Numbered from the stretch's first letter, positions 1 through 8,407 are shown. The stretch: 32,000 nucleotides of DNA from an uncultured Candidatus Saccharibacteria bacterium (GCA_964432405.1 CAYSNH010000001.1:60001-92000); one strand, 5' to 3'. Notes: generated by a model from the letters alone, not told the origin. Translations and numbers: made by a program.

Positions 1-789
1 ATAAGGAGCGATATCCTCCTCATCAACTTTCAAAGAGTTAACCAAAGCCTTACGCCAAGCCACTCTAATCTCAGTACTAACATGAACAATCGAAATACCA
101 CCTCTAATAGCACCCTTCACATCATTATCTGTATTACCAGACGCTCCATGAAGTACCAATGGTATACCAACAGCTTTTTTAATAGCTCTCACTCGCGCCA
201 GATTAAGATTAGGTTCAGGAGCATTAACCAGCATGCCATGAATATTACCCACCGCTGGCGCCAACATATCAATTTTAGTTTCTTTAACAAACTCCTTAGC
301 TTCCTTAACAGTAGTGAGCTGTTCTTTGGTGATAGCAGCGCCCTCAGGCACTTCTTTTAATAGTTTTGAGGAAGAGCCTATATAACCTAATTCTCCCTCT
401 ACCAAGATGTCTGGGTTAATTGATTTTACATACTCCACCACTTCTTTAGTCATTTTAAGATTTTCTTCAAAAGGCAAACTACCGCCATCAAAAAGAATCG
501 CGTCATAACCAGCTGCTACCGCCTCCCGCACCCTCTCTAAAGACTTGGTATGATCAGCATTAATAAAAATAGGTAAACCCATTGCTCGCAAGCTCTTTAC
601 CAAAGTTACCGCCTGATCCGGCCCCATAAAGGACCTCTCACTTTCCGAAGTGCCCATAATCACCGGCACTTTTAGCTTTTTGGCAATATCCACTGCCGCT
701 TGCAAAACAGACATCTCAGCGAAATTAAAATGCCCCACCGCCACCTTATCCTTCTCTGCTTTTTTGAGTATTTGTTTTAAGGTTTTCAT
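1..789 (-). CDS. fba: Class II fructose-1,6-bisphosphate aldolase, N-terminal 263 codons; the C-terminus runs off the window
   Basis: Absent from the ORF track because it is open at the window edge. I checked every in-frame triplet from 789 down to 1 and found no stop. Translation from ATG 789-787 reads MKTLKQILKKAEKDKVAVGHFNFAEMSVLQAAVDIAKKLKVPVIMGTSESE..FINADHTKSLE..GELGYIGSSS..LAPAVGNIHGM..LVLHGASGN..IVHVSTEIR. This is the class II FBA/tagatose-BP aldolase pattern. The start lies 1 nt after the stop of the upstream gene (TAAtATG). Confidence 0.85.
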   Translation of the reverse strand, partial: MKTLKQILKKAEKDKVAVGHFNFAEMSVLQAAVDIAKKLKVPVIMGTSESERSFMGPDQAVTLVKSLRAMGLPIFINADHTKSLERVREAVAAGYDAILFDGGSLPFEENLKMTKEVVEYVKSINPDILVEGELGYIGSSSKLLKEVPEGAAITKEQLTTVKEAKEFVKETKIDMLAPAVGNIHGMLVNAPEPNLNLARVRAIKKAVGIPLVLHGASGNTDNDVKGAIRGGISIVHVSTEIRVAWRKALVNSLKVDEEDIAPY

Positions 790-790
790 A

Positions 791-2047
791 TTAAACTTCG
801 AACCACCCTTTAACTATATAATCCTTACTCAACTTCTCCAACTCTTCAATGCTAAAATATTCACTAAAGATCTTATTCCAAAGCGCCTCTTGATGATGAT
901 AAAGATATTTTATCAGCTCTTTCTGTTTAACTAAAGCCATCACCGTATCTACCAAATTAAAACTAATCAAAATATCCACTCCCGCCTCCGACTTAAAGAA
1001 ATTACCCGTCCAACCCAAACCTGACCAAAAAGCTAAACTAGGATTAATCTTAACGATTTCATTTTCTGCTCGTTGCCAATGCAAAGCCTCCGGATTAATA
1101 TGAGGTTCAAAAAGTCGCCAATCATTCTCATCATCTTTAGCTAGATAGCGCTGAATAACCAAAATATTAGGTCGCTGAGCTTCTGCTATAGGTTCTGGTA
1201 TTCGATGCTCAATAACATCGCCTCGTAAGGCTGAAATTAAATTAGCTGCAAAAGCCTTCTCATTAGGAGCAAAGTTATGATAAAAGATGTCTGAATAATA
1301 TTTAATCTCATTAACGTAATGGAGCAGGAGACTGAGTAAGCGCAAGGTTTCTCCAGAAATACCTAAGAAGACTGGTATAACAAAAATAACCCCCAACTCT
1401 TTTAAATGACTGACATTATGATACTTCTTAGCCACAAACTTCTCAGCCGCCTCTGCCCACTTTTCATTCAAAGCCCTAATCTCTAAAGGTCGCCTCTCAA
1501 AGTCACTAGGAACCAAGCTCTCATATTGCTTAAAAAAGATTTTGTTCTGCCATTCTCGATCTTCTAAAAAACGTAGGGCGCTATAAACTTCCAACAAATC
1601 CTCTTTCTCTAATAAATCTTCAACCTTGCTATACCCTAAAGCCTTCATAATCTTTTTTGGAGGCTCAGCCATTAACAATTCCCTAGCCTTTTCTTTTTTA
1701 AGAAAGAAGCCGGTAGGAGCCGGGTGGATATCTCTAACAAACTGACAAACCTTTTGCGACGCCTCATAGCCCCTCAAATTGGAATGACCAATTATATTCA
1801 ACAAAGCCAAATCATCAGCCTCAACCTTACTAATCAAAGAATCAAAAACCTCATGAGATTTGGAGTCTCTTTTAAGGCTTAATTCAATTAATTTTTTATT
1901 AATTAGCTCTTCATTCTGAATAGCCAACTTTTCTAAAACACCAGCTTTGCCTGTAGAGGCGTCTAAAGCCTCTTCCAATCTAACCAAAGTTGACTGGGGG
2001 ACACGTAATATTCGAGCTATCTTTTGCCGATATTCATTATTAACCAT
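791..2047 (-). CDS. Hypothetical protein, 418 aa; no family recognised; no TM segment or signal peptide seen
   Basis: Long uninterrupted ORF. Its ATG overlaps the TAA of the upstream kinase (TAATG at 2049-2045), and its TAA lies 1 nt before the fba ATG. It is K/E-rich and looks helical. Several His-containing patches are present (GHSN, DIHPAP, YHNVSHLKE, EPHINPEALHW). I could not match any catalytic signature. Confidence 0.7.
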   Translation of the reverse strand: MVNNEYRQKIARILRVPQSTLVRLEEALDASTGKAGVLEKLAIQNEELINKKLIELSLKRDSKSHEVFDSLISKVEADDLALLNIIGHSNLRGYEASQKVCQFVRDIHPAPTGFFLKKEKARELLMAEPPKKIMKALGYSKVEDLLEKEDLLEVYSALRFLEDREWQNKIFFKQYESLVPSDFERRPLEIRALNEKWAEAAEKFVAKKYHNVSHLKELGVIFVIPVFLGISGETLRLLSLLLHYVNEIKYYSDIFYHNFAPNEKAFAANLISALRGDVIEHRIPEPIAEAQRPNILVIQRYLAKDDENDWRLFEPHINPEALHWQRAENEIVKINPSLAFWSGLGWTGNFFKSEAGVDILISFNLVDTVMALVKQKELIKYLYHHQEALWNKIFSEYFSIEELEKLSKDYIVKGWFEV

Positions 2048-3069
2048 TACAACTTCTTAACCTTAATATTTAACTTGCGCCATCGCTTCTCTTTTTCAAA
2101 ACTGCTTTTAGTCAAAATACCTTGCTTGGTACCAATCGCCTCCACTACCGCTGTAGCATTAGCGCTGCCTAAGCGAATAGCATATTCAATCGCCTCTTGC
2201 TGACTAACATTCTCTTTCTTAGCTAAGCCAGCTACAAAACCTGATCCAAAAGCATCCCCCGCTCCTGTTCGATCTAAAACATTCTTATTTGCAAAAATAC
2301 CCGCCTGATAAAGATGAGCTCCATCAGACACCCAAACTCCTTTAGCGCCGTCAGTCATGACCGCGATCCCTGGCACTAATTTATCTAAGACCTTAAAAAT
2401 ATCCTTCGTCTTATTATATTCCACCCCTGTTAGATAAGAGGCCTCCTCTCGATTAACAATCACCACAGTCAATTTTTGAAGCAATGACCTTAATTTTTTA
2501 GCTCCCATTTCTATGTAAAAACGAGAAGGATTCATAGCTATTAAAGCTCCTGAAATCAAACTTTGATCAATAACCTTTTTCATTACCGATAAAGAGATAT
2601 TACTAGGCACCACATACAACCAACGACTCTTCAAACGAGAAGGAGTCTCTCTCGCTTTCAAATCCTCAGCCGCTCCTCGATGGACCAAAACACTTCGCTC
2701 ACCAGTTGGAGAAAGTAAGATGGTGGAATAACCTGTTGGCCTCTTCTTATCCTTAGTCACAAAAGGCTTGATCTTCTCCTTCTTTAACTCTTTAACTATT
2801 TCTTCACCAAACAAATCATCACCCACTCGACAAACTGTAGCTGTCTTTAGACTCTGTCTAGCAAAAGTAACTGCCGTATTGGTAGCACCTCCACCACTAG
2901 CGATCACAAAATCATCAATTTCTAACTTTCCTCCAAAAGCAAAACATTCTGCTTCGCCGGTAGGGAAGCCAGATTTTTTATTAAAAGCACTACTCTTCAC
3001 TTTTTTAAAAAGCTTGCTTTTCAAAAAAACATCCTGAGTAGCTGTTCCGATTGTGATAATATCAAGCAT
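2047..3069 (-). CDS. PfkB/ribokinase-family carbohydrate or nucleoside kinase; substrate unknown
   Basis: Both PfkB signatures are present: N-proximal ASGGGATNTAVTFARQ and C-proximal DRTGAGDAFGSGFVAGL. The size (340 aa) is typical. Both ends show a TAATG overlap with the neighbouring gene. Confidence 0.85.
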   Translation of the reverse strand: MLDIITIGTATQDVFLKSKLFKKVKSSAFNKKSGFPTGEAECFAFGGKLEIDDFVIASGGGATNTAVTFARQSLKTATVCRVGDDLFGEEIVKELKKEKIKPFVTKDKKRPTGYSTILLSPTGERSVLVHRGAAEDLKARETPSRLKSRWLYVVPSNISLSVMKKVIDQSLISGALIAMNPSRFYIEMGAKKLRSLLQKLTVVIVNREEASYLTGVEYNKTKDIFKVLDKLVPGIAVMTDGAKGVWVSDGAHLYQAGIFANKNVLDRTGAGDAFGSGFVAGLAKKENVSQQEAIEYAIRLGSANATAVVEAIGTKQGILTKSSFEKEKRWRKLNIKVKKL

Positions 3070-4055
3070 TATTTACGCTTCACAACTTTTTTTATCGCCT
3101 CTTTTATATTTTTTGAATCCATACCATATTTCTCAATCAACTCCTCTGGCTCTCCAGTCTCACCAAAAGTATCTTGCATGCCAATAAACTCAATTGGCAC
3201 CGGACATTCTCGAGCAGTTAATTCTGCTATCGCTCCACCCAAGCCACCTTTGACTTGATGCTCCTCTACCGTTACCACCGCCCCACACTCTTTTATTATA
3301 TCCAATAACAAATGATCATCTAAGGGCTTAATGGTATGGCAATTAACAACCGTCACCTCTACCTCCTTAGCCAGTTCTTTAGCAGCCACCAAGGCTTTGT
3401 AGACCAAAGGACCACAAGCAATAACCACTACCTCTGGCTTTTTGCCTGACCAAAACACCTCAGCCTTTCCTGGTCGAAAAGGCGTATCGTCAGTGGTAAA
3501 GACAGGACTTTTTTCTCGAGCAAAACGAATATAACAAGGACCCCAAAGCTGAGCTGCTGCTTCAGTCATCTTTCTCGCCTCAATCGCATCACAAGGCGAA
3601 AAAACTCGCATATTAGGCATAGTTCTCATAATCGCCATATCCTCAGTTGCCTGATGAGTTGCTCCATCAGGACCAACCGATACTCCAGTATGAGAACCAA
3701 TAATCTTTACGTTTGAGTCATTATAAGCGATCGTGGTTCTAATCTGTTCCCAATTACGACCTGGTGAAAAAGTAGCATAGGAAGAGATAAAAGGGACTTT
3801 ACCACTAATACCTAAGCCAGCTGCTACAGTGGCTAGATTTTGCTCAGCCACACCCATCTCAATAAATCGATCAGGAAATTTTTCTGCAAAATCCTGGGAG
3901 CGGGTAGATTCGGTTAAATCGGCACACAAAACCACCACATTTGGATCAGCCTCTCCTGCCACCACCACTCCCTCGCCATAACCATTACGAGTCGGCAATT
4001 GCTCCACTGACTTGTGGAACATTTTTGCATTCAATTTTGCTTCTGAATTTAGCAC
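3069..4055 (-). CDS. tkt: Transketolase, C-terminal (pyrimidine-binding plus C-terminal domain) subunit
   Basis: Sequence reads TRNGYGEGVV..DLTESTRS..FIEMGVAEQNL..GSHTGVSVGPDGATHQATEDMAIMR..P, typical of split transketolase subunit B. The codon at 4055 is GTG. An ATG at 4022 (MFHKSVEQLPTRNGYGEG) is an equally plausible start. Confidence 0.9.
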   Translation of the reverse strand: MLNSEAKLNAKMFHKSVEQLPTRNGYGEGVVVAGEADPNVVVLCADLTESTRSQDFAEKFPDRFIEMGVAEQNLATVAAGLGISGKVPFISSYATFSPGRNWEQIRTTIAYNDSNVKIIGSHTGVSVGPDGATHQATEDMAIMRTMPNMRVFSPCDAIEARKMTEAAAQLWGPCYIRFAREKSPVFTTDDTPFRPGKAEVFWSGKKPEVVVIACGPLVYKALVAAKELAKEVEVTVVNCHTIKPLDDHLLLDIIKECGAVVTVEEHQVKGGLGGAIAELTARECPVPIEFIGMQDTFGETGEPEELIEKYGMDSKNIKEAIKKVVKRK

Positions 4056-4068
4056 TTTTGATTAATAA

Positions 4069-4326
4069 CTATTTACAAGTCTTACACCCCTTACCTTTAC
4101 AACTAGAACAGTCTCCACATCGAGAACTTCGGGCTATACAAGGAATAGCAAGTACACCCAAGACAATAGCGGTCAATAACCAGCCAAGAGAATCCATCTC
4201 ATAAATACCCAACATCTCACCACGAGACATCCAAGCGGCAACCAATGAGGCTAATGAGCCAACCCACAATAAAGCACCGAGAAAACACTCGAAGCAAGCA
4301 CAACCACCAAACATTTTATTTTTCAT
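4069..4326 (-). CDS. Small (85 aa) cysteine-rich two-TM membrane protein with a CxxC-CxxCxGxG-CxxC tail
   Basis: The ATG lies 4 nt after the TAA of the transketolase N subunit, and the ORF fills the otherwise unexplained 275-nt gap between the two tkt halves. There are two hydrophobic stretches (FGGCACFECFLGALLWVGSLASLVAAWM and LGWLLTAIVLGVLAIPCIA). The basic tail is RSSRCGDCSSCKGKGCKTCK, and 9 of 85 residues are Cys. No SD, but most genes here lack one. Confidence 0.5.
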   Translation of the reverse strand: MKNKMFGGCACFECFLGALLWVGSLASLVAAWMSRGEMLGIYEMDSLGWLLTAIVLGVLAIPCIARSSRCGDCSSCKGKGCKTCK

Positions 4327-4330
4327 TTTT

Positions 4331-5191
4331 TTATTTATGTTCGCTTTTTATCCGACCTTTTAATGTTCTTAATTCATTCAAAGCTTCTTTAGCTTCTTCT
4401 TTTGAAAATTTCTTACTATGCCAATGATAATCGTTTTCCATAAAATCAACTCCTTTACCAGCAATCGTATGAGCAATGATCACGGTTGGTTTTTCATAAG
4501 TAGCTTTCGCCTCATTAACCGCATCTACAAAAGCCTCTATATTATGTCCATCAATCTCTAAAACATTCCAATTAAAGGCCTCGTACTTATCCTGCAATGG
4601 TTCTAAGGGCATAATATCTTCAGTCATACCATCAATCTGAATATTATTTCGATCAATAACCGCTGTTAGATTACTCAATCTATTTTTACCAGCAAACATC
4701 GCCGCCTCCCACGTATTACCCGCCTCCTGCTCACCATCAGACATTAAACAATAAGTCTGATACTTCTTCTGATCTAAACGAGCAGCTAAAGCAATTCCAC
4801 AAGATTGAGACAAGCCCGACCCTAAAGGACCAGAGGTAGTCTCTATACCAGGTAAAGCGGAACGATGAGGGTGACCTTGTAGGCGAGTGCCTAATTTCCT
4901 TAAAGTCTTTAATTCTTTTTCTGGAAAATAACCAGCATGAGCTAATGAGACATATTGCACAGGGCAGATGTGACCATTAGATAAGATCAATCGATCTCGA
5001 TCAGACCAATCAGGCTTTTTAGGCTTGTGATTTAAAACATGAAAATAAAGGGCGGTAAAAATATCAGCCATATCTAAAGGCCCCGCTACATGACCAGAGC
5101 CAGCTTTAATTACCATATTAATGGTATCATAACGAATCTCCGCCGCCTTCTCCTCTAAAAAACTTATTTTTTTATCATCTAATCTATCCAT
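4331..5191 (-). CDS. tkt: Transketolase, N-terminal (thiamine-diphosphate-binding) subunit
   Basis: Motifs GSGHVAGPLDMADIFTALYF, SNGHICPVQY, GPLGSGLSQSCGIA and MSDGEQEAGNTWEA match the TPP-binding half of transketolase. The start lies 2 nt after the rpe stop. Confidence 0.9.
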   Translation of the reverse strand: MDRLDDKKISFLEEKAAEIRYDTINMVIKAGSGHVAGPLDMADIFTALYFHVLNHKPKKPDWSDRDRLILSNGHICPVQYVSLAHAGYFPEKELKTLRKLGTRLQGHPHRSALPGIETTSGPLGSGLSQSCGIALAARLDQKKYQTYCLMSDGEQEAGNTWEAAMFAGKNRLSNLTAVIDRNNIQIDGMTEDIMPLEPLQDKYEAFNWNVLEIDGHNIEAFVDAVNEAKATYEKPTVIIAHTIAGKGVDFMENDYHWHSKKFSKEEAKEALNELRTLKGRIKSEHK

Positions 5192-5193
5192 TA

Positions 5194-5835
5194 TTAGATA
5201 GCTTTTAATTGATTATATGCCTCTTTAGGATTGGCATTATTAAATATGTAAGTAGCGGACACTACCATATCCGCACCAGCATCCTTTATTAATTTAGCGG
5301 TCTCCAAATCAACACCGCCATCAACTTCTATTTTAACATTAGGGGCTTGCTCTCGCAAAAACTCAATCTTTTCTAAAACGCTTTTTTGAAACTTCTGACC
5401 AGCTTTTCCTGGAGTCACTCCAAGAATCTGAAAATATTTTATGTCATTAAGATAGGGGAGTAAATTCTCTACAATCGTCTCTGGATTAATAGTTAGCATA
5501 AAATCCGCCTTATGTTGCTGGCAAAGATTTAAAATAGTCTCAAGTTTACGCACCTCCTCTAGATGGACAATCAATCTCTTTGCTCCAGCCTCTAACCAAG
5601 CCTCAGCCACCTTCTCTGGGTCCTCCACCATTAAATGAACCTCTGACCTCAATGATCTTAATTTTATTTTTTTAAACTCCTCCGAACTACCCCAGGTCTT
5701 GATAGAAGAAAAGACTCCATCACCAATATCAAAATGAAGCCAATTATCAGGACGTATTAAAAATTCTTTAGCTCTATCTACCAGCTCTTGTGCTTCCTCA
5801 AAACTAGAAACATTAATTGATGGAATAACCTGCAT
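5194..5835 (-). CDS. rpe: Ribulose-phosphate 3-epimerase-like protein (ribulose-phosphate-binding barrel)
   Basis: 213 aa with IPSINVS, HFDIGDGVF, HLMV, INPET and VDGGV landmarks in the order expected for Rpe. It is more divergent than the neighbouring enzymes. Confidence 0.75.
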   Translation of the reverse strand: MQVIPSINVSSFEEAQELVDRAKEFLIRPDNWLHFDIGDGVFSSIKTWGSSEEFKKIKLRSLRSEVHLMVEDPEKVAEAWLEAGAKRLIVHLEEVRKLETILNLCQQHKADFMLTINPETIVENLLPYLNDIKYFQILGVTPGKAGQKFQKSVLEKIEFLREQAPNVKIEVDGGVDLETAKLIKDAGADMVVSATYIFNNANPKEAYNQLKAI

Positions 5836-5852
5836 TATCTAATTATACAAGA

Positions 5853-5870
5853 ATCCCCAATAAAGGGGAC
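5853..5870 (-). terminator. Short GC-rich hairpin with a U-rich tail in the rpiB-rpe gap; possible internal attenuator or processing site
   Basis: The minus-strand RNA reads GUCCCC-UUUAUU-GGGGAU followed by UCUUGUAUAAU. This is the only gap over 50 nt in the 11-gene run. A TATAAT hexamer (plus 5842-5847) follows, ending 7 nt before the rpe ATG. Confidence 0.3.
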
Positions 5871-5890
5871 TGTGCATCAACTCGTCTCCC

Positions 5891-6334
5891 CTACTTATCT
5901 ATTTTTTTTAATCTTCGAACGTGCCTCGCTGCCTTTGAAAAAGGCTCTTTCAGCCAAACATCTACCGCTTTCAAAACCTCTCTTTTTTTCACGAATCTAG
6001 CACCAATAGCCAAAACATTAGAATTGTTATGTTCTCTAGAAATTCTAACTATCTCTGGCTTTCCACCATAATAAACAGCGGATCGAACACCTTTGTGACG
6101 ATTAGCTACCATCCCCTCTCCCTGACCAGAACCGCCGATAATAATACCTCTCGCCTCTTCTCCTTTAAAAGAAACTATTTTAGCTAATGGATGCATAAAA
6201 TCAGGATAATCATCCCGCGCTTTAAAGGCAAAAGGACCCATATCCTCCACCTCATAATTATTTTTCATTAAAAACTCCTTTAATTGCTTTTTTAATTCAA
6301 AGCCAGCGTGATCAGATGCTAAATATATAATCAT
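5891..6334 (-). CDS. rpiB: Ribose-5-phosphate isomerase B (RpiB/LacA/LacB family)
   Basis: MIIYLASDHAGFELKKQLKEFL..GIIIGGSGQGEGMVANRHKGVR, 147 aa. There is an ATGA overlap with the gap stop. Confidence 0.9.
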   Translation of the reverse strand: MIIYLASDHAGFELKKQLKEFLMKNNYEVEDMGPFAFKARDDYPDFMHPLAKIVSFKGEEARGIIIGGSGQGEGMVANRHKGVRSAVYYGGKPEIVRISREHNNSNVLAIGARFVKKREVLKAVDVWLKEPFSKAARHVRRLKKIDK

Positions 6335-7362
6335 AATGTTTTTATTGATTTCTCCACATGTTTAACTAAGGTAGAAACATAACCCCACTCATTGTCATAC
6401 CAGGTCAAAATCTTTACCAAATCACCTCCCACCACTCTAGTATGGGAAAGATCAACGATAGATCCATAAGATTGACCAATAATATCAGAAGAAACGACCG
6501 GCTCTTCGGTAACCCCCAAAACTCCTTTCCATCGTGAACTTCTAGCCGCCTTTTTAAATATATTATTAATTTTTTCGGGGGTGGTTTTCTTTTTAGCAAC
6601 AAAAGTGAAGTCTCCTATCGAACCTGATATTACCGGCGCACGAATAGCCATCGCCTCAAACTTATCCTCTAGCTCTTTAACCGCTTTGGAAACAGAGATA
6701 CTAGCTCCACTAGAGGTAGGAACTAAATTCATAGCAGCTGCTCTCCCCCGACGAATATCGCTACTTCGAGAATGACCATCTACCAAATTTTGAGTAGCGG
6801 TATAGCCATGAATAGTATCCAGAAAAGCCTTCTCTACCCCCACCGTCTCAGACATAATAGCTGCTATAGGATGAGTGGCGTTAGTAGTGCAAGAACCGTT
6901 AGAAGTAATATCACAAACCTTAAAGTCACTTTCATTAACTCCTAGTAAAACAGTCTTAGCATTCTTTTGCTCATCATCTTTAGCAGGAGCTGTGATAACA
7001 ACTTTCTCAGCACCAGCTCGAAGATGAGCTGCTGATTGTTTATAGGTATTAAAAGCACCGGTCGCCTCTACCACTAAATCAACTTTTAATTTTCGCCACG
7101 GCAATCGACGTGGCTCTTTTTCTTGTCTAACTAAAATCTTCTTTCTTCCTACTATTAAATAATTGTTCCAGCCTTTCTTGACCTTAATTGGTTTATCAAA
7201 AGTTCCATAGACCGTATCGTACTTTAAGAGGTAAGCTAGATTATCAATATCACTAAGATCATTAATAGCTACCACATCAAATTTATTAAAAGCCTGTCTA
7301 AAAAACAATCTGCCAATTCTGCCAAATCCATTAATAGCAATTTTAGCCTTCTTAGGACTCAT
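6331..7362 (-). CDS. gap: Type I glyceraldehyde-3-phosphate dehydrogenase
   Basis: KIAINGFGRIGR Rossmann motif, catalytic SNGSCTTN, and WYDNEWGY near the C-terminus; 343 aa. Confidence 0.92.
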   Translation of the reverse strand: MSPKKAKIAINGFGRIGRLFFRQAFNKFDVVAINDLSDIDNLAYLLKYDTVYGTFDKPIKVKKGWNNYLIVGRKKILVRQEKEPRRLPWRKLKVDLVVEATGAFNTYKQSAAHLRAGAEKVVITAPAKDDEQKNAKTVLLGVNESDFKVCDITSNGSCTTNATHPIAAIMSETVGVEKAFLDTIHGYTATQNLVDGHSRSSDIRRGRAAAMNLVPTSSGASISVSKAVKELEDKFEAMAIRAPVISGSIGDFTFVAKKKTTPEKINNIFKKAARSSRWKGVLGVTEEPVVSSDIIGQSYGSIVDLSHTRVVGGDLVKILTWYDNEWGYVSTLVKHVEKSIKTL

Positions 7363-7372
7363 TAACTTAATT

Positions 7373-7915
7373 CTAGTCTGAAAAATTTATCCTTACAACA
7401 TCCCCCTTTTTCACACCCGTCTCAGCTACCAAGCCAGCTCTAATTTCTAAAACCAAATCAGCCGGCTCTGGTGGTGAGTAAAACTTAATATTTTTAATAT
7501 CTAATGGTGGAGCGTTTTCACTTACCCCCACCACCACTCCTTGATTGTTGGTGATGGATTTTATCCAAACAAAGTCCAAAGGAAACAACATTCCCTTCAT
7601 CCAAAAGCTATGAATGGCTGGTTTATTAAAGACAAACAACATCCCTTCTTTTTTTGATAAAAATTTTCTTCCAGATAAACCCCTAGCCCTAGCAGCAGCA
7701 GTTTTAGCTAATTCAAACTGCCATTTATTCTGACCAACTAAAATCTCTCCATCCACTTTTTTATCATTAGTTAAATTAAAAGCACTTTTAATCATATCCG
7801 CTGGTTTTTTATTATTCAAAACCCACCAACTACTCTCAACTAATTGACTAAGAAGAATAAGAACCGCAACTATACCAATAACAATTATTAAATAAAAACT
7901 TGTTTTACCTATCAT
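7373..7915 (-). CDS. DUF192 (COG1430) family protein with an N-terminal membrane anchor
   Basis: N-terminal TM segment (FYLIIVIGIVAVLILL), then RARGLSGR..GMLFVF..FWMKGMLFPLDFVWI..LVLEIRAG..GDVV, the DUF192 pattern. Confidence 0.75.
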   Translation of the reverse strand: MIGKTSFYLIIVIGIVAVLILLSQLVESSWWVLNNKKPADMIKSAFNLTNDKKVDGEILVGQNKWQFELAKTAAARARGLSGRKFLSKKEGMLFVFNKPAIHSFWMKGMLFPLDFVWIKSITNNQGVVVGVSENAPPLDIKNIKFYSPPEPADLVLEIRAGLVAETGVKKGDVVRINFSD

Positions 7916-8407
7916 TTATTTCTGTTGCAAAGCAAAAGCAACTATTCCAAAAGCGACCGATACATTTAAAGAAGTCTTTTGTCCTTTCATGGGTATTTCT
8001 ACAATCCTATCACACTTATCCAAAACCGACTTGGGGAGACCCTTAACTTCATGACCCACCACCAAAGCAGTCTTCTTTTTTATTTTTTTAACTTTAAAAT
8101 ATGGCACCGATTTATTATTAATCTCCAAGGCGATAATATAATAACCTTCTTTTTTTAGCTTGGTAATCAATCTTGAAGTCTGACTACACTTTTCCCAATC
8201 CACCATTTTTTCCGCTCCCAAAGCCACCTTCGCCAACTGAGGACGAACCTTATCAAATTGATCTAAAGGAGACGGAGTAAAACCACAAAGATATAACTTA
8301 TCAACCCCCGCTCCATCAGCAGTTCTAAAAATAGAGCCCACATTATGCAAGCTACGAATATTATTAAGAATAGCAATCATAATAAATGGATTATATTCTG
8401 CTTGCAT
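7916..8407 (-). CDS. SpoU/TrmH-family RNA 2'-O-methyltransferase
   Basis: [30 protein letters not shown] and [23 protein letters not shown] are SPOUT motifs 1-3. An alternative start at Met10 (8380) is possible. Confidence 0.85.
   Translation of the reverse strand: MQAEYNPFIMIAILNNIRSLHNVGSIFRTADGAGVDKLYLCGFTPSPLDQFDKVRPQLAKVALGAEKMVDWEKCSQTSRLITKLKKEGYYIIALEINNKSVPYFKVKKIKKKTALVVGHEVKGLPKSVLDKCDRIVEIPMKGQKTSLNVSVAFGIVAFALQQK

Noticed and set aside
82-934. Plus-strand ORFs 82..360 and 650..934
   Set aside because: They lie antisense within the intact fba reading frame, and 650..934 also runs into the 3' end of the 418-aa gene. The peptides are low-complexity with no recognisable motifs. They are shadow ORFs of well-supported minus-strand genes.
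2768-4427. Plus-strand ORFs 2768..3037, 3941..4204 and 4245..4427
   Set aside because: They are antisense to the PfkB kinase, the transketolase subunit genes and the small Cys-rich ORF. Their composition mirrors the complementary codons, and they have no start context or motifs.
6414-6775. ORFs 6414..6602 (-) and 6581..6775 (+) inside gap
   Set aside because: They are alternative-frame or antisense ORFs fully inside a GAPDH gene that carries all catalytic motifs.
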